Positions 18,710 to 29,137 of a stretch of DNA of 64,000 bases are shown here, piece after piece. Both the position numbers and the translations under genes were made by a program. The notes below the pieces were generated by a model that worked only from the letters and a program-made list of their open reading frames with translations, was not told the origin of the DNA and did not search any database. The first letter of the stretch is position 1. Every line of letters starts with the position of its first letter. Source of the DNA: Siphonobacter sp. (GTDB taxonomy: Bacteria > Bacteroidota > Bacteroidia > Cytophagales > Spirosomataceae); the NCBI RefSeq assembly GCF_048595215.1, contig NZ_JBMDWJ010000195.1:3341-67340 (forward strand), read 5' to 3'.

Positions 18710-19810
18710 TTATGCTTGAGAAACGGAATTAATTACTTCCGTTTGTTTGCGGATCGAAGCTTCGTGGATGAGACGGTAGAGATCTTCTACTAAGTCCGTA
18801 TACAGACCCAGTTTTTTACCCATTTCAGCCCGTGAAGCGTGAACTTGCTTCCAGCGATCGATTTGGAAAATCGTTACACCGTTGTCACGTTTGTACTCAC
18901 CCATTTTCTCAACGATGGCCATACGCGTAGCCAGTACTTCCAGCAATTCGCGGTCAATGTTGTCTACTTTCGCACGGAGTTCATCCATGTGGCTGTGGTA
19001 CTCTGAATCGCTAACATCTGATTGACGTACCTGAAGGCTACGGAGCATTTCGCCCAGAGCAGCCGGCGTCAATTGTTGCGAAGCATCCGACCACGCTTCA
19101 GCCGGATTACGGTGTGACTCGATGATCAGACCATCGTAGTTCAAATCCAGGAAACGCTGGGTCAATTCAGCCAGGTATTGACGTTTACCAGCCATGTGAC
19201 TCGGATCACCGATGATGGGCAAATTAGGCAACTGGCGTTTGAGTTCCAGGGCTACCTGCCACATGGGTGAGTTACGGTATTTCGTCTCCTGCATGTTCGA
19301 GAAACCACGGTGGATAGCCGCCAGCTTCTTCAAACCTGAGTTCTGAAGACGTTCCAGAGCTCCGATCCAGAGAGCCAGATCAGGATTTACCGGGTTTTTC
19401 ACTAATACAGGAATGTCTACGCCTTTCAGAGCGTCAGCAATGTCCTGTACGTTAAAGGGGTTCACCGTCGTACGGGCCCCAATCCATAGAATATCTACGT
19501 TATATTTTAGAGCCAGTTCAATGTGCTCGGGACTCGCCACTTCAATAGCCAGGGGCAGACCCGTTTCTTTCTTCGCAGCTGCCAGCCAAGGCAAAGCAGC
19601 CTCTCCCATACCTTCAAAGGAACCCGGACGGGTACGTGGTTTCCAAACCCCAGCCCGAATAACGTGGGCATAGCCCTCTTTGGCGATTTGGGTTACCGTA
19701 TCCCAAACCTGTTCTTCTGTTTCTGCACTACAGGGACCCGCAATCATCAAGGGCTTTCCGTTGGTGTTGATCCAATCCTGCAAAGGCACAATGTCCAGCG
19801 TCGCACTCAT
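18710..19810 (-). CDS. bifunctional 3-deoxy-7-phosphoheptulonate synthase (type I-beta) / chorismate mutase
   Basis: Reads MIAGPCSAE and the KDO8PS-like core GDPSH. The C-terminal roughly 90 aa are AroQ-like (ELRAKVDNIDRELLEVLATRMAIVEKMGEYK). Confidence 0.88.
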   Translation of the reverse strand: MSATLDIVPLQDWINTNGKPLMIAGPCSAETEEQVWDTVTQIAKEGYAHVIRAGVWKPRTRPGSFEGMGEAALPWLAAAKKETGLPLAIEVASPEHIELALKYNVDILWIGARTTVNPFNVQDIADALKGVDIPVLVKNPVNPDLALWIGALERLQNSGLKKLAAIHRGFSNMQETKYRNSPMWQVALELKRQLPNLPIIGDPSHMAGKRQYLAELTQRFLDLNYDGLIIESHRNPAEAWSDASQQLTPAALGEMLRSLQVRQSDVSDSEYHSHMDELRAKVDNIDRELLEVLATRMAIVEKMGEYKRDNGVTIFQIDRWKQVHASRAEMGKKLGLYTDLVEDLYRLIHEASIRKQTEVINSVSQA

Positions 19811-20138
19811 CTTGTAAATCGTTAATTAGTAAGCGTTTATTTGTTCAAAAAGCCGGGGAGCAGTTTATTATGATGAAGAGTAACGTTTAGGCCAAATCTT
19901 TTGGTACTTCAATTGAAATAACAAACTTAAAATCAGAGTGTTAAGTATTCAAAGATAGCCTTTTTTATTAAAAAAATCAGTACTGACTTGTGAAAATGAA
20001 GAGCGTTTACCCTTACCTTTGTAGCCGCTTTTCGACAAAAAATGATCGATTGCCGATTAGCCCGCTTAAGATTTTGAAATGCCCAACCTGAACCTGCCTG
20101 CTATATTCACACTTTTACACTAACACGGTTCACTTCCT

Positions 20139-21398
20139 ATGCCCAAAATGGACATTTTGAAAGCTCCGATTCATCAACAGACTCGCGAAACCAAACTCTC
20201 TTTTGATGACACCTCGGTAGCTTTTGCTAATCAATCCGACTGGCAACTCAAGAAAACGTATTTCATTTTTGCGGCCATGAATCGAAACTGGCTTGTAAAG
20301 ATAGGTACCTTTTTTATGAAATTGTTTTTAATGCTCAAATTTCCCATTAAAGGAGCCATTAAAAGCACAATCTTTGAACATTTCTGTGGTGGAGAAACGA
20401 TTGAAGGCTGTACGGACACAATCCAGCAGTTAGATAAAGCCCACATCGGAACAATTCTTGATTATTCCGTAGAAGGAGAGGATTCAGAGGAATCTTTTGA
20501 CGTAACGGTAAAGGAAATTTTGCGGACGATTGAAAAGGCCGCACAAATGCCTGCCATTCCTTTCTCCGTATTTAAAGTAACGGGGATTGCCAGTACCGAA
20601 TTATTGGAAAAAGCTCAGTCCGCTCAAGGCCTGAATGATGCGGAAACGGCGGCTTTTGCCCGCGTACGCGAGCGAATGGATATTCTTTGCAAAGCAGCTT
20701 ATGAACATCACGTACGGATTTTTGTCGATGCCGAAGAAACCTGGATTCAAGATACCATCGATCAGTTAGCCTACGACATGATGGAACGGTACAACCGCCA
20801 GGAATGTATCGTTTGGAATACGTATCAAATGTACCGCGTAGAAAGCTATGCTAATCTAGTACAAGCTACAGAAACGGCTCTGGCAAAAGGATATGAGCTG
20901 GGCGTGAAACTGGTACGCGGAGCTTACATGGAAAAAGAACGTCAGCGGGCCCACGAAATGGAATATTCCGATCCAATTCATGCCACGAAAGAAGATACGG
21001 ATCAGGCGTATAATCAAGCCGTTCTGTACTTCCTGGAGAACCGGAACGTGATTTCGATTTGTCTGGGTACGCATAATGAATATTCCTGCTTGTTACTGGC
21101 GGAGAAGATGAAAGAGGCCGGTATTCCCGTCAACGATGCTCACATCTGGTTTGCTCAGTTGTTGGGGATGAGTGATAACATTAGCTTTAACTTAGCTCAC
21201 AGTGGCTACAATGTGGCTAAATATGTTCCTTATGGACCGGTAGAAGCCGTTATGCCTTATTTGTTCCGCCGGGCTGAAGAAAATACCTCGGTAGCCGGAC
21301 AGGCCAGCCGGGAATTTACTCTATTGAAGAAAGAAGTTCGACGCCGAAAGCGGGCCGTTCGACAGCAACTGTGTAAATCAAAAAAATCAGTTCAATAA
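20139..21398 (+). CDS. proline dehydrogenase (monofunctional PutA-type)
   Basis: Reads VKLVRGAYMEKER and LGTHN...AQLLGM...YVPYG. The exact start is uncertain. Confidence 0.85.
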   Translation: MPKMDILKAPIHQQTRETKLSFDDTSVAFANQSDWQLKKTYFIFAAMNRNWLVKIGTFFMKLFLMLKFPIKGAIKSTIFEHFCGGETIEGCTDTIQQLDKAHIGTILDYSVEGEDSEESFDVTVKEILRTIEKAAQMPAIPFSVFKVTGIASTELLEKAQSAQGLNDAETAAFARVRERMDILCKAAYEHHVRIFVDAEETWIQDTIDQLAYDMMERYNRQECIVWNTYQMYRVESYANLVQATETALAKGYELGVKLVRGAYMEKERQRAHEMEYSDPIHATKEDTDQAYNQAVLYFLENRNVISICLGTHNEYSCLLLAEKMKEAGIPVNDAHIWFAQLLGMSDNISFNLAHSGYNVAKYVPYGPVEAVMPYLFRRAEENTSVAGQASREFTLLKKEVRRRKRAVRQQLCKSKKSVQ

Positions 21399-21409
21399 TC
21401 TTACGGAGA

Positions 21410-21438
21410 GCCCTCATTCGAGTCGAATGGGGGCTTTT
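21410..21438 (+). terminator. rho-independent terminator
   Basis: GCCCTCATTCG pairs with CGAATGGGGGC, followed by TTTT. Confidence 0.7.
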
Positions 21439-21546
21439 CATGTAAAAGCTATCCGTTTCGTACAAACACTTCTGAATTTTGTACGTTAGATAGGAACGAC
21501 TTACCCGATTAACTCATTTCTTTGTGGGTTGCTAATGATTACCTGA

Positions 21547-22188
21547 ATGAAGAATCCTCTGAAGTTTTTTTTGCTGACACTCTTTGTTATTGTCCTGGAT
21601 CAGACCGTTAAATACCTTGTATACAAAAATATGTATCTGGGGGAAGACATTCCCTTAATCGGAAAGTGGCTGAGTATCCATTACGTTTTGAATCCGGGTA
21701 TGGCCTTCGGTATGCAGCTGGACCATCCCTATGGCAAGTTAATTCTTACATTGTTTCGTCTGGTTGCCATGGCTGTAATTGCCTGGTATTTGACTCGCCT
21801 CGCTCGTCGTAATGCTCCCGATGGCCTTTTATGGTGCATTGCTGCCATTTTAGGCGGAGCGATCGGTAACGTCATCGATTCGACTTTTTACGGCGTTCTG
21901 TTAGGAAATGCTCCCTATGATGCTCCATCACCCTGGTTCCACGGTCAAGTAATCGACATGGTACTATTCAACCCCTGGGAGGGCTACCTACCCGAATGGA
22001 TTCCGATCTGGGGCGGTTCTTATTATACGAGTCCAGTCTTCAATATTGCTGATGCTTCGATTTTTCTGGGTGTGGTGTTCATACTGATCTTCCAATCTCA
22101 GTTCTTTAATGAAGATGAGAAAGAACAGAATCAAGAGAAGCCAGCGTTAAAGAATGATATACTTCGGGATTCGTCCTCAGAAGTATAA
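21547..22188 (+). CDS. lspA: lipoprotein signal peptidase (signal peptidase II)
   Basis: Reads NPGMAFG, GGAIGNVIDS and FNIADASIF. Confidence 0.9.
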   Translation: MKNPLKFFLLTLFVIVLDQTVKYLVYKNMYLGEDIPLIGKWLSIHYVLNPGMAFGMQLDHPYGKLILTLFRLVAMAVIAWYLTRLARRNAPDGLLWCIAAILGGAIGNVIDSTFYGVLLGNAPYDAPSPWFHGQVIDMVLFNPWEGYLPEWIPIWGGSYYTSPVFNIADASIFLGVVFILIFQSQFFNEDEKEQNQEKPALKNDILRDSSSEV

Positions 22189-22206
22189 ATCGAATAAGGT
22201 ACTGTC

Positions 22207-22248
22207 ACAAAAAAGCCTCTGGTATTTCTGTACCAGAGGCTTTTTTGT
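22207..22248 (+). terminator. rho-independent terminator
   Basis: AAAAAGCCTCTGGTA pairs with TACCAGAGGCTTTTT. Confidence 0.85.
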
Positions 22249-22416
22249 GAACAATTCTTGTAGGCGGAGAGGACGGTAGATCTATGAGCTACTGTATAGG
22301 GATAGAATATATAAAAGCCTCAATAAAGCTTCTAGGGAGAACTAACAAGTCTTTATGAGCAATGATCTATTTCATAGGAATTGATGATGGAGTCGTTATT
22401 TACACCTACTATTAAC

Positions 22417-22450
22417 AAAAAAGCCCAGACTTGTAGAGGCTGGGCTTTTA
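22417..22450 (-). terminator. terminator downstream of skp
   Basis: AGCCCAG (22422-22428) pairs with CTGGGCT (22440-22446). A T-run follows on the minus strand. Confidence 0.7.
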
Positions 22451-22468
22451 CTGTACTCGATAAACAAA

Positions 22469-23089
22469 TTAGGGCTTTTTAGCTGGTGTTTTAGGAGCAC
22501 CTTGTCCGGCAGGCTGTGCAGCAGCAGGTTGAGCGGCTGCTTTTTTCAGAGCTTCAGGATCAACACCCATTTTCTTGAATACCAGATCCGTTACTTCCGT
22601 AGCAGGATCTGCGTACAGAACGATTGGGTTCAATTGCGTACTAACCGAGCTGCTTAAGATGAACGTATAGTTGTTCTCTTTCGCAACGGATTTGATGGCA
22701 TTGTCAATGTCAGCCAGCAGGGGTTGAAGCAGTTGTTGTTGCTTCTGGCCCAATTCAGTCTGAGCATTCTGTTGCAATGTCTGCAGACGTTCCTGAATAC
22801 CTTGCAGTTCTTTTTGCTTGTCGGCTTTGATTACATCCGACATGGTGGGTTCTGCTTTTTGGTAAGCGGTGTATTTGTCCTGCAGGTCTTTTTGCAGACT
22901 CTGCATTTGGTTTTGGTATTGCGTACTCCGAGTTTGCAGTTCAGCTTCTACAGCCTTGGATTTGGGGTGACCCGCTAACAGAACATCAATATCGGTATAG
23001 CCAATTTTGAGGGCTGACTGGGCATTCGCGTTTAATCCTACGAAGGCTAGGGCAGCGGCGGTCAGAACGGCAAAAATTTGTTTTTTCAT
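22469..23089 (-). CDS. skp: OmpH/Skp-family periplasmic chaperone
   Basis: Has a signal peptide and a long Q/K/E-rich coiled-coil. Lies downstream of bamA. Confidence 0.85.
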   Translation of the reverse strand: MKKQIFAVLTAAALAFVGLNANAQSALKIGYTDIDVLLAGHPKSKAVEAELQTRSTQYQNQMQSLQKDLQDKYTAYQKAEPTMSDVIKADKQKELQGIQERLQTLQQNAQTELGQKQQQLLQPLLADIDNAIKSVAKENNYTFILSSSVSTQLNPIVLYADPATEVTDLVFKKMGVDPEALKKAAAQPAAAQPAGQGAPKTPAKKP

Positions 23090-23094
23090 TGGTT

Positions 23095-23670
23095 TTACTG
23101 CTTGGTCTTTGTGTTTTGCGTTGGTGTGTTTGTTTGATTGGGGTTCGCTTTCGGATCTATGCCCAATTCTTCGAGTACGTAGTCCGAGTAATCATCCCGG
23201 GGGTCCGTATAGATCATGGCCAGGCCTTCGGAGGATTTGTCCAGAATCATGCGAAGTTGTTTCTGCCGAGCTACTTTTTCGACGGCCCGGCTGAGCTCGT
23301 CCATGATGGGTTTAAGTACGTCTTTTCGTCTTTGGTGGTACTGTCCATTATAACCAAAAACCTTATTATTTAATTCTTTGACTTCGTTTTCTTTTCGTTC
23401 GATTTCCGCCCGACGTTGCTGCTTCATAGGCTCGGTCAGTAAGGGCTCTTCCGATTTATACAGACGTTCGAGCTTATCGATTTCCGCGTGTTTGTCGGCA
23501 ATTTCCTTCGTTCGTACCTGCGTCCAGCGATCCATTTCGCTGTTCACTTTCTGAAACTCGGGCATTTTACTAACAATGTACTCGGAGTCAATATATCCAA
23601 ATCGCTGGGCCCAGGCAGGGCTTGCCTGCAAAACGAACGCCAAAAATAGGAAAAATAAGCTGGTTCTCAC
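23095..23670 (-). CDS. skp: OmpH/Skp-family periplasmic chaperone (second paralog)
   Basis: Has a signal peptide and a coiled-coil. Lies immediately downstream of bamA. Confidence 0.85.
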   Translation of the reverse strand: MRTSLFFLFLAFVLQASPAWAQRFGYIDSEYIVSKMPEFQKVNSEMDRWTQVRTKEIADKHAEIDKLERLYKSEEPLLTEPMKQQRRAEIERKENEVKELNNKVFGYNGQYHQRRKDVLKPIMDELSRAVEKVARQKQLRMILDKSSEGLAMIYTDPRDDYSDYVLEELGIDPKANPNQTNTPTQNTKTKQ

Positions 23671-23730
23671 GAGTTATGGATTTAACAATACTATAATTCA
23701 GCAGTGGCGGACTAAATAAGCTTGCTACAA

Positions 23731-26367
23731 TTAGCGAATTTGCTGGCCAATGGTAAAGTGGAATTGACCTTTACCCGCCTGTTGAATCGAGCCTGTTGGG
23801 CCGACGTTGCGGTCGAAACCGTACCCGTAATCGATACCAATCATACCAAAGGCGGGCATGAAGATACGAGCACCAATACCAGCCGAACGTTTCAGATCAA
23901 AGGGATTGAAATACTTGTAACTATCCCAGTTGTTACCCGCTTCCATGAACCCTAAAACGAACACAGTAGCTGAGGGGTTCAACGAGATGGGATAACGAAT
24001 CTCCATTACATATTTATTGTACACAACCCCACCATTTCCCTGATAGAGACGCGTTGGGTCCGTACGTACGCTACGGTCATCATAACCGCGTAAACCGATG
24101 ATATCTTGTGCAATGGCAAACTGACCCTGTCCGGAAAGTCCTGAACCACCTAGTACAAAGCGTTCAAGGGGAATGATACCGAGCTTAGAATTATAGTTAC
24201 CCAGGAAACCCATGTGAGCCCGCGTATGGAAGACCAGTTTTCCAGTAATGGGCACGAACCAGGATAGATCGAACATCCACTTATGGTACTCTAGGAAGCG
24301 ATATTTTTCCTGAGGTTCGTTCGGGTTCCAGTTAGAAGGTCTAAACAGTGAGTACGGCGGCGTCAGCGTAGCCGACAGCGACAGCGAAGAACCTCTCCGC
24401 GTATACTGCGGGTTATCGAGATCGTAACGCGTCAGCGTAGTAATGAGTGAAATGTTATTCGAATTACCCGTATCAAAATCTCGGATCTGTAAGATACCAT
24501 AGTTTTTGAATTCGTAACGCATGTACGAAAGGGCCATATTCAGACCGAAACGGTTGTCCGGACGGCGTAAACGTTTTCCTAAGCTGATGGAAGCCCCCGT
24601 AGTATTAAAGTAACCACGTTCATTACCGAGCGGTCCTCCAACACCTCCGTATCCGCCGCCGCCATAACCTCCACCATAGCCCCCGTATCCATATCCGCTA
24701 CCATAGCCACCATAGCCATTATAATCGAAGATACGGTATACCTGACGGTTGATGTTAAAGGAAAAGGCATTGGGTTTTTTACCTCCTAGCCAGGGTTCAG
24801 TAAATGACAAGGAATAGTTCTGGAACTGCTTACCGTTAGCTTGGAAACGAACGGCCAATTTCTGACCATCCCCAGCGGGTAATGGACGCCAGGCTTTCAG
24901 GTTCGTGATGTTACGGGCCGAGAAGTTATTAAAGACAACCCCTAAGGTACCCACAAAGCCAATGTAACCACCCCAACCCCCGGAAAGCTCAATCTGATCC
25001 GAAGCTTTTTCTTCAACGGTGTACTCAATATCTACCGTGTAGTCATTCCGGGGAATCGGATTGATACCGATTTTCTCCGCATCAAAGTAACCCAGACGGG
25101 CTAATTCCTGCTGTGTACTCACGACGGCTGTTTTCGAGAATTTCTGACCAGGTAGTGTCAGGATTTCCCGCAGTACTACGTGATCGGAAGTCTTAGTATT
25201 TCCGTTCAGGATAATTTTATTGATGGTAAATTGCTTTCCTTCAAAAATATTGAAGTTAATGTCAATCGAGTCGCCTTCGATGGCTGTCTCTTCGGGATCG
25301 GCCCGGAAGTACAGGTAACCTGCATCCATGTATAGCGAAGAAACGTCATAACCGGGACTGCCCTGTAAACGTTTTTGAAGTTCTTCCGGATTGTATACGT
25401 CACCTTTTTTGAGGCCTAATATTTCCGTCAGTAAGGAGTCAGAGTGTAAGTAGTTACCCTGCCAGGAAATATTACGGAAGTAGTATTTCTTCCCTTCTTC
25501 CAGTTTCACATATACGTCAACCGTCTTGTTATCGTGCGAGTATACGGAGTCCACCACGATGCGAGCATCCCGATACCCTTTTTTATTGTAGAAGTCGATA
25601 ACCTTGCCTTTGTCCTCTTCAAACTTCTTCGGAATAAACTTGGAAGGAGTGAAAACCCGGCCAAAACGCATCTGCTTGGTACCCTTCATTTTATTCCGTA
25701 CGGTAGCTTCAGGCAGTTGTTCCCGTCCGTCCAGATCCAGATCATGAATCTTGATTTTGGGTCCTTTAGTAATGGTTACATTTAAGGCGGCGTTATTACC
25801 CCGGGCCGTATCCGACACCTGACGAACTTTCACGTCTGCGTTCAGAAAGCCTTTTTCTACGTAGTGTTTTTTGATCGTAGCCTGGGTGTTTTTGATGAGG
25901 GCTTCGTTGATAATCTTACCCTTAATCAGCTTTACCTTATCATTAAGAGCGTCTTTTTCACCCTTACGAACGCCCGTAAACGTAATTTTATACAAGCGAG
26001 AACGCTCCCGCATGAAAATGTCCAGCCAAATATTTTCACCTTCAATTTTGGTGGCGGTTACTTCCACGTCTTCCAAAATGCCCTGGTCCATCAATTTCTT
26101 GATAGCTCCTGAGATTGCAATGCCGGGAATCTGGATTTTATCACCAACGCCCAACCCTGAAATAGAGATAAGGGAATTCGCATCGTAAAATTTGGTTCCA
26201 CTAGTCGTGATTCCTTTGATGATGTATTCTTTCGGCTGCGTGTAATCGATTTCCTGGCTAGCAGCGGGTTGCTGAGGCGTTGCCGGCTGGCCGCCTAAAC
26301 CCACGCGGGCCTGGCTAAAGGAAAGAAATGGCAGGAAAATCAGGAGGAGAGGGAAAACCTTTCTCAT
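23731..26367 (-). CDS. bamA: outer membrane protein assembly factor BamA
   Basis: Start at ATG 26367 (MRKVFPLLLIFLPFLSFSQ). POTRA repeats are followed by a C-terminal beta-barrel ending in ..FHFTIGQQIR. The uppS-bamA-skp-skp synteny supports the call. Confidence 0.92.
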   Translation of the reverse strand: MRKVFPLLLIFLPFLSFSQARVGLGGQPATPQQPAASQEIDYTQPKEYIIKGITTSGTKFYDANSLISISGLGVGDKIQIPGIAISGAIKKLMDQGILEDVEVTATKIEGENIWLDIFMRERSRLYKITFTGVRKGEKDALNDKVKLIKGKIINEALIKNTQATIKKHYVEKGFLNADVKVRQVSDTARGNNAALNVTITKGPKIKIHDLDLDGREQLPEATVRNKMKGTKQMRFGRVFTPSKFIPKKFEEDKGKVIDFYNKKGYRDARIVVDSVYSHDNKTVDVYVKLEEGKKYYFRNISWQGNYLHSDSLLTEILGLKKGDVYNPEELQKRLQGSPGYDVSSLYMDAGYLYFRADPEETAIEGDSIDINFNIFEGKQFTINKIILNGNTKTSDHVVLREILTLPGQKFSKTAVVSTQQELARLGYFDAEKIGINPIPRNDYTVDIEYTVEEKASDQIELSGGWGGYIGFVGTLGVVFNNFSARNITNLKAWRPLPAGDGQKLAVRFQANGKQFQNYSLSFTEPWLGGKKPNAFSFNINRQVYRIFDYNGYGGYGSGYGYGGYGGGYGGGGYGGVGGPLGNERGYFNTTGASISLGKRLRRPDNRFGLNMALSYMRYEFKNYGILQIRDFDTGNSNNISLITTLTRYDLDNPQYTRRGSSLSLSATLTPPYSLFRPSNWNPNEPQEKYRFLEYHKWMFDLSWFVPITGKLVFHTRAHMGFLGNYNSKLGIIPLERFVLGGSGLSGQGQFAIAQDIIGLRGYDDRSVRTDPTRLYQGNGGVVYNKYVMEIRYPISLNPSATVFVLGFMEAGNNWDSYKYFNPFDLKRSAGIGARIFMPAFGMIGIDYGYGFDRNVGPTGSIQQAGKGQFHFTIGQQIR

Positions 26368-26466
26368 TGGGTTAATGACAACATTTCTGAGGCGAAAGTG
26401 CCTGTCTTTCAAAGTAATATGCTTCTCAAGTCAGTAGTTCCAGCAAACAGAAATTTTAGGGAATAG

Positions 26467-27207
26467 TTAGGCTTTTAATTGTTCGCTGGTCTTTCCAAAA
26501 CGACGTTCACGGTTCTGATAATCTTTGAGAGCTTTATCTAAGTGCTCCCGGCGGAAATCGGGCCAAAAGGTATCCGTAAAATGAAGCTCGGCGTAGGCTA
26601 ACTGCCACAGTAAAAAATTACTGATGCGGTGATCACCGCCGGTACGAATCATCAAATCAACATCGGGCATACCACTCGTAGCCAAGGCTTTGCTTAAGTG
26701 TTCCTCGGTTAACTGCCCAGATGCAAATTCTCCGCGTTGGGTTGCATCAACGAGTTTTTTAACCCCTTGCATAATGTCCCATTTACCACTATAACTTAAA
26801 GCCAGTACCAGCGAAAGACCCGTATTGTGTTGGGTACGATCCATGGCCTGCTTTAAATCTTTCTGGCAGCGTGTGGGCAGACTTTGCGTATCACCAATGG
26901 TTAACAAGCGAATATTATTTTTCAGTAATTTGGGGGTTTGGTCGGCTATGGCCTGTACAAGTAGTTCCATCAAAGCGTCTACCTCTTCCTGGGGACGGTC
27001 CCAGTTTTCCGTGGAAAACGTATAGAGCGTCAGGTACTCAATGCCTAATTCAGCACAGCCTTCCACGACATCCTCTACTGCTTTAATGGCGTGACGGTGG
27101 CCGAAAATCCGGCTTAACATACCTTTTTGTTTGGCCCAGCGTCCGTTTCCGTCCATAATAACGGCGATATGGCGGGGGAGATTGCCTGTATGAATAGTTT
27201 CCTTCAT
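26467..27207 (-). CDS. uppS: isoprenyl transferase (undecaprenyl-diphosphate synthase)
   Basis: Reads HIAVIMDGNGRWA, FSTENW.RP and RTGG..R.SNFLLWQ.AY.E. Confidence 0.93.
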   Translation of the reverse strand: MKETIHTGNLPRHIAVIMDGNGRWAKQKGMLSRIFGHRHAIKAVEDVVEGCAELGIEYLTLYTFSTENWDRPQEEVDALMELLVQAIADQTPKLLKNNIRLLTIGDTQSLPTRCQKDLKQAMDRTQHNTGLSLVLALSYSGKWDIMQGVKKLVDATQRGEFASGQLTEEHLSKALATSGMPDVDLMIRTGGDHRISNFLLWQLAYAELHFTDTFWPDFRREHLDKALKDYQNRERRFGKTSEQLKA

Positions 27208-27307
27208 CCTCTAATACGAAAAACCGATAAGGTTCGAAACCTTACCGGTTCTGAACGATCGTGCAAAAGTAAGAATTTCGTGGCAGTTTTCGTTCGGTTT
27301 ACCAGGA

Positions 27308-27979
27308 TTAGGGACAGATCACCCGAAGGATTGTATAACTCACGGAAAGAGACGTATAGTAATACATGTCTTTCCGCGTCGGATCAGACTGTAATTCTTT
27401 AGGAACCGTTGGTCCAGAGACATTATAATTATCCAGGTAATCCGACCAGGTTTTACGAGTACCGAACTCAAAACCCAGGCTCCAGGGGCCTTTGATCTGC
27501 CACTTGATACCGGCTCCAAAGGGAATGGCTAATCCCGACTTTTTATACGATTCCGTAGCCGCCTGATCGGGCTTGAAATTATAAAAGGCCAGACCGCCAA
27601 ATACGTAGGGAGACCAGTTACGGGGTTTCCGTCGCGTATAGTCGAAATTCAGGAAATTATACTGAATATCCGCTCCGGCTTCCATGATCCGTGTGCCAAA
27701 GATAATACCCCTGGCTCGCTGAAAAGGGTCAGAGCTTTCGAAGTCACTGGCATAAATTCGTCCAGCAGTGAAAGAAACGCGACCGGAAAGAGCTTTAGAG
27801 GCATTATAGCGAAAGAAGAGATTTCCTCCAGGACGAGCAAACTTGAGATGCAGGTTAGGAGAGATGTCTCCTTTATAGTGCATCATACCCAAGCCAGCTC
27901 CGAATTCAATTTTCTGAGCCTGAGCCCAACCGAATACTGACATCCACAGGAAGAAAAAAAGAATAGATCGCTGAAGCAT
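27308..27979 (-). CDS. small outer-membrane beta-barrel protein (as I recall, DUF6089-like)
   Basis: Has a signal peptide, alternating beta-strand pattern and an aromatic C-terminal region. Confidence 0.6.
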   Translation of the reverse strand: MLQRSILFFFLWMSVFGWAQAQKIEFGAGLGMMHYKGDISPNLHLKFARPGGNLFFRYNASKALSGRVSFTAGRIYASDFESSDPFQRARGIIFGTRIMEAGADIQYNFLNFDYTRRKPRNWSPYVFGGLAFYNFKPDQAATESYKKSGLAIPFGAGIKWQIKGPWSLGFEFGTRKTWSDYLDNYNVSGPTVPKELQSDPTRKDMYYYTSLSVSYTILRVICP

Positions 27980-28045
27980 ATGTGAAAAGGGTTCGTGTGG
28001 TAAAGCACGAACCCATCGATTAATATATCGCTATATACAAAACTG

Positions 28046-29029
28046 CTAACGTAAGGGAGGGCATTTAATTTTCGGAGTAATGATATAATTCAGGTGAATG
28101 GCCGTTAAAAAGTAATAGTCTTTGTTGCCACCACCACGACCGTCACCCCAATTATTGCCTGGTGCATTATTAGGCCCTCCTCCTTGTTCAGTGAAAATTC
28201 GTTGAAGCCCGGCGGTACGATCACCTCCTTTGCGTGCTGCTACTAATTCCTGACTACGATTACTCATGGCTTGAGCCAGGGCATCTCCTGCGAAAACGTC
28301 GGGGTTCGCAGGGTAATAACCTCCTACATCATCCAGATAGTCCGTAAAAGAAAATCTGAAACCAGCTTCGGCAGAAATATCCCAGTTACGTTTGTATCGG
28401 AAACGAAAACCTAAACCGATGGGAATTGCTGCTGAGACAAGCGAATAAGGTTTAGCGTACCCCGGACGACCCTGTCCTTCCGTTCCTAAAGGTTGAAGCT
28501 TTACCCACTCATTCCCAAACTCTTCTGGGGTTCGTGCTTTGGGGTTGTGTGCAAGGATCGCAAGCCCTCCAAATACGTAAGGAACAATAGCAGGCCGATC
28601 AAAAGCATTCCGCCCTTCAGGAATGATATTGTAAATAGCGGTAACCGAAAGCTCTTTCAGATCATTTCTGAAGTGAGCATTGCGAAGAAAGTTGTTATCG
28701 AACTGAGGTCGGCCATTGAACTTGTAGTCATCACCGGATATACGTGCCAACGTCAACGCGGCTCTACCACTAAATCGGGGTGTAAAGTGACGCGTATAGT
28801 TTCCAGTTATATTCCATCGCATCATGTTGAAAACAGAATTGATAGGGTCTTTAAGCGGAGCAAGCTCACCGAAATAACTGGAAGTACCAATACCAAAAGC
28901 TACACTCGAATAGGACTCAAATTGAGGTTTACGGGCTCTAGTGTAATTTTTACTAAGTCTGAGTTGAGCCTGAGAGTAACCTAGGCCCAATAAATAAAGT
29001 GCACTGATCAATAAAAGTCTTTTTCTCAT
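28046..29029 (-). CDS. outer-membrane beta-barrel protein, paralog of the previous gene
   Basis: Start at ATG 29029 (MRKRLLLISALYLLGLGYSQAQ). Shares motifs with 27308-27979, such as VFGGLA...NPKA and F.F.TRKT/FSFTDYLD. Confidence 0.6.
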   Translation of the reverse strand: MRKRLLLISALYLLGLGYSQAQLRLSKNYTRARKPQFESYSSVAFGIGTSSYFGELAPLKDPINSVFNMMRWNITGNYTRHFTPRFSGRAALTLARISGDDYKFNGRPQFDNNFLRNAHFRNDLKELSVTAIYNIIPEGRNAFDRPAIVPYVFGGLAILAHNPKARTPEEFGNEWVKLQPLGTEGQGRPGYAKPYSLVSAAIPIGLGFRFRYKRNWDISAEAGFRFSFTDYLDDVGGYYPANPDVFAGDALAQAMSNRSQELVAARKGGDRTAGLQRIFTEQGGGPNNAPGNNWGDGRGGGNKDYYFLTAIHLNYIITPKIKCPPLR

Positions 29030-29137
29030 ATGAAGGTCAATATGAATCATCAAGGGTATTCGTCTAACGACAAGCAGCAAAAATTGGTATGTTATAGGAG
29101 CGAATACTTTCGGTAATGATAGGGTGAGTTGGAAGAA

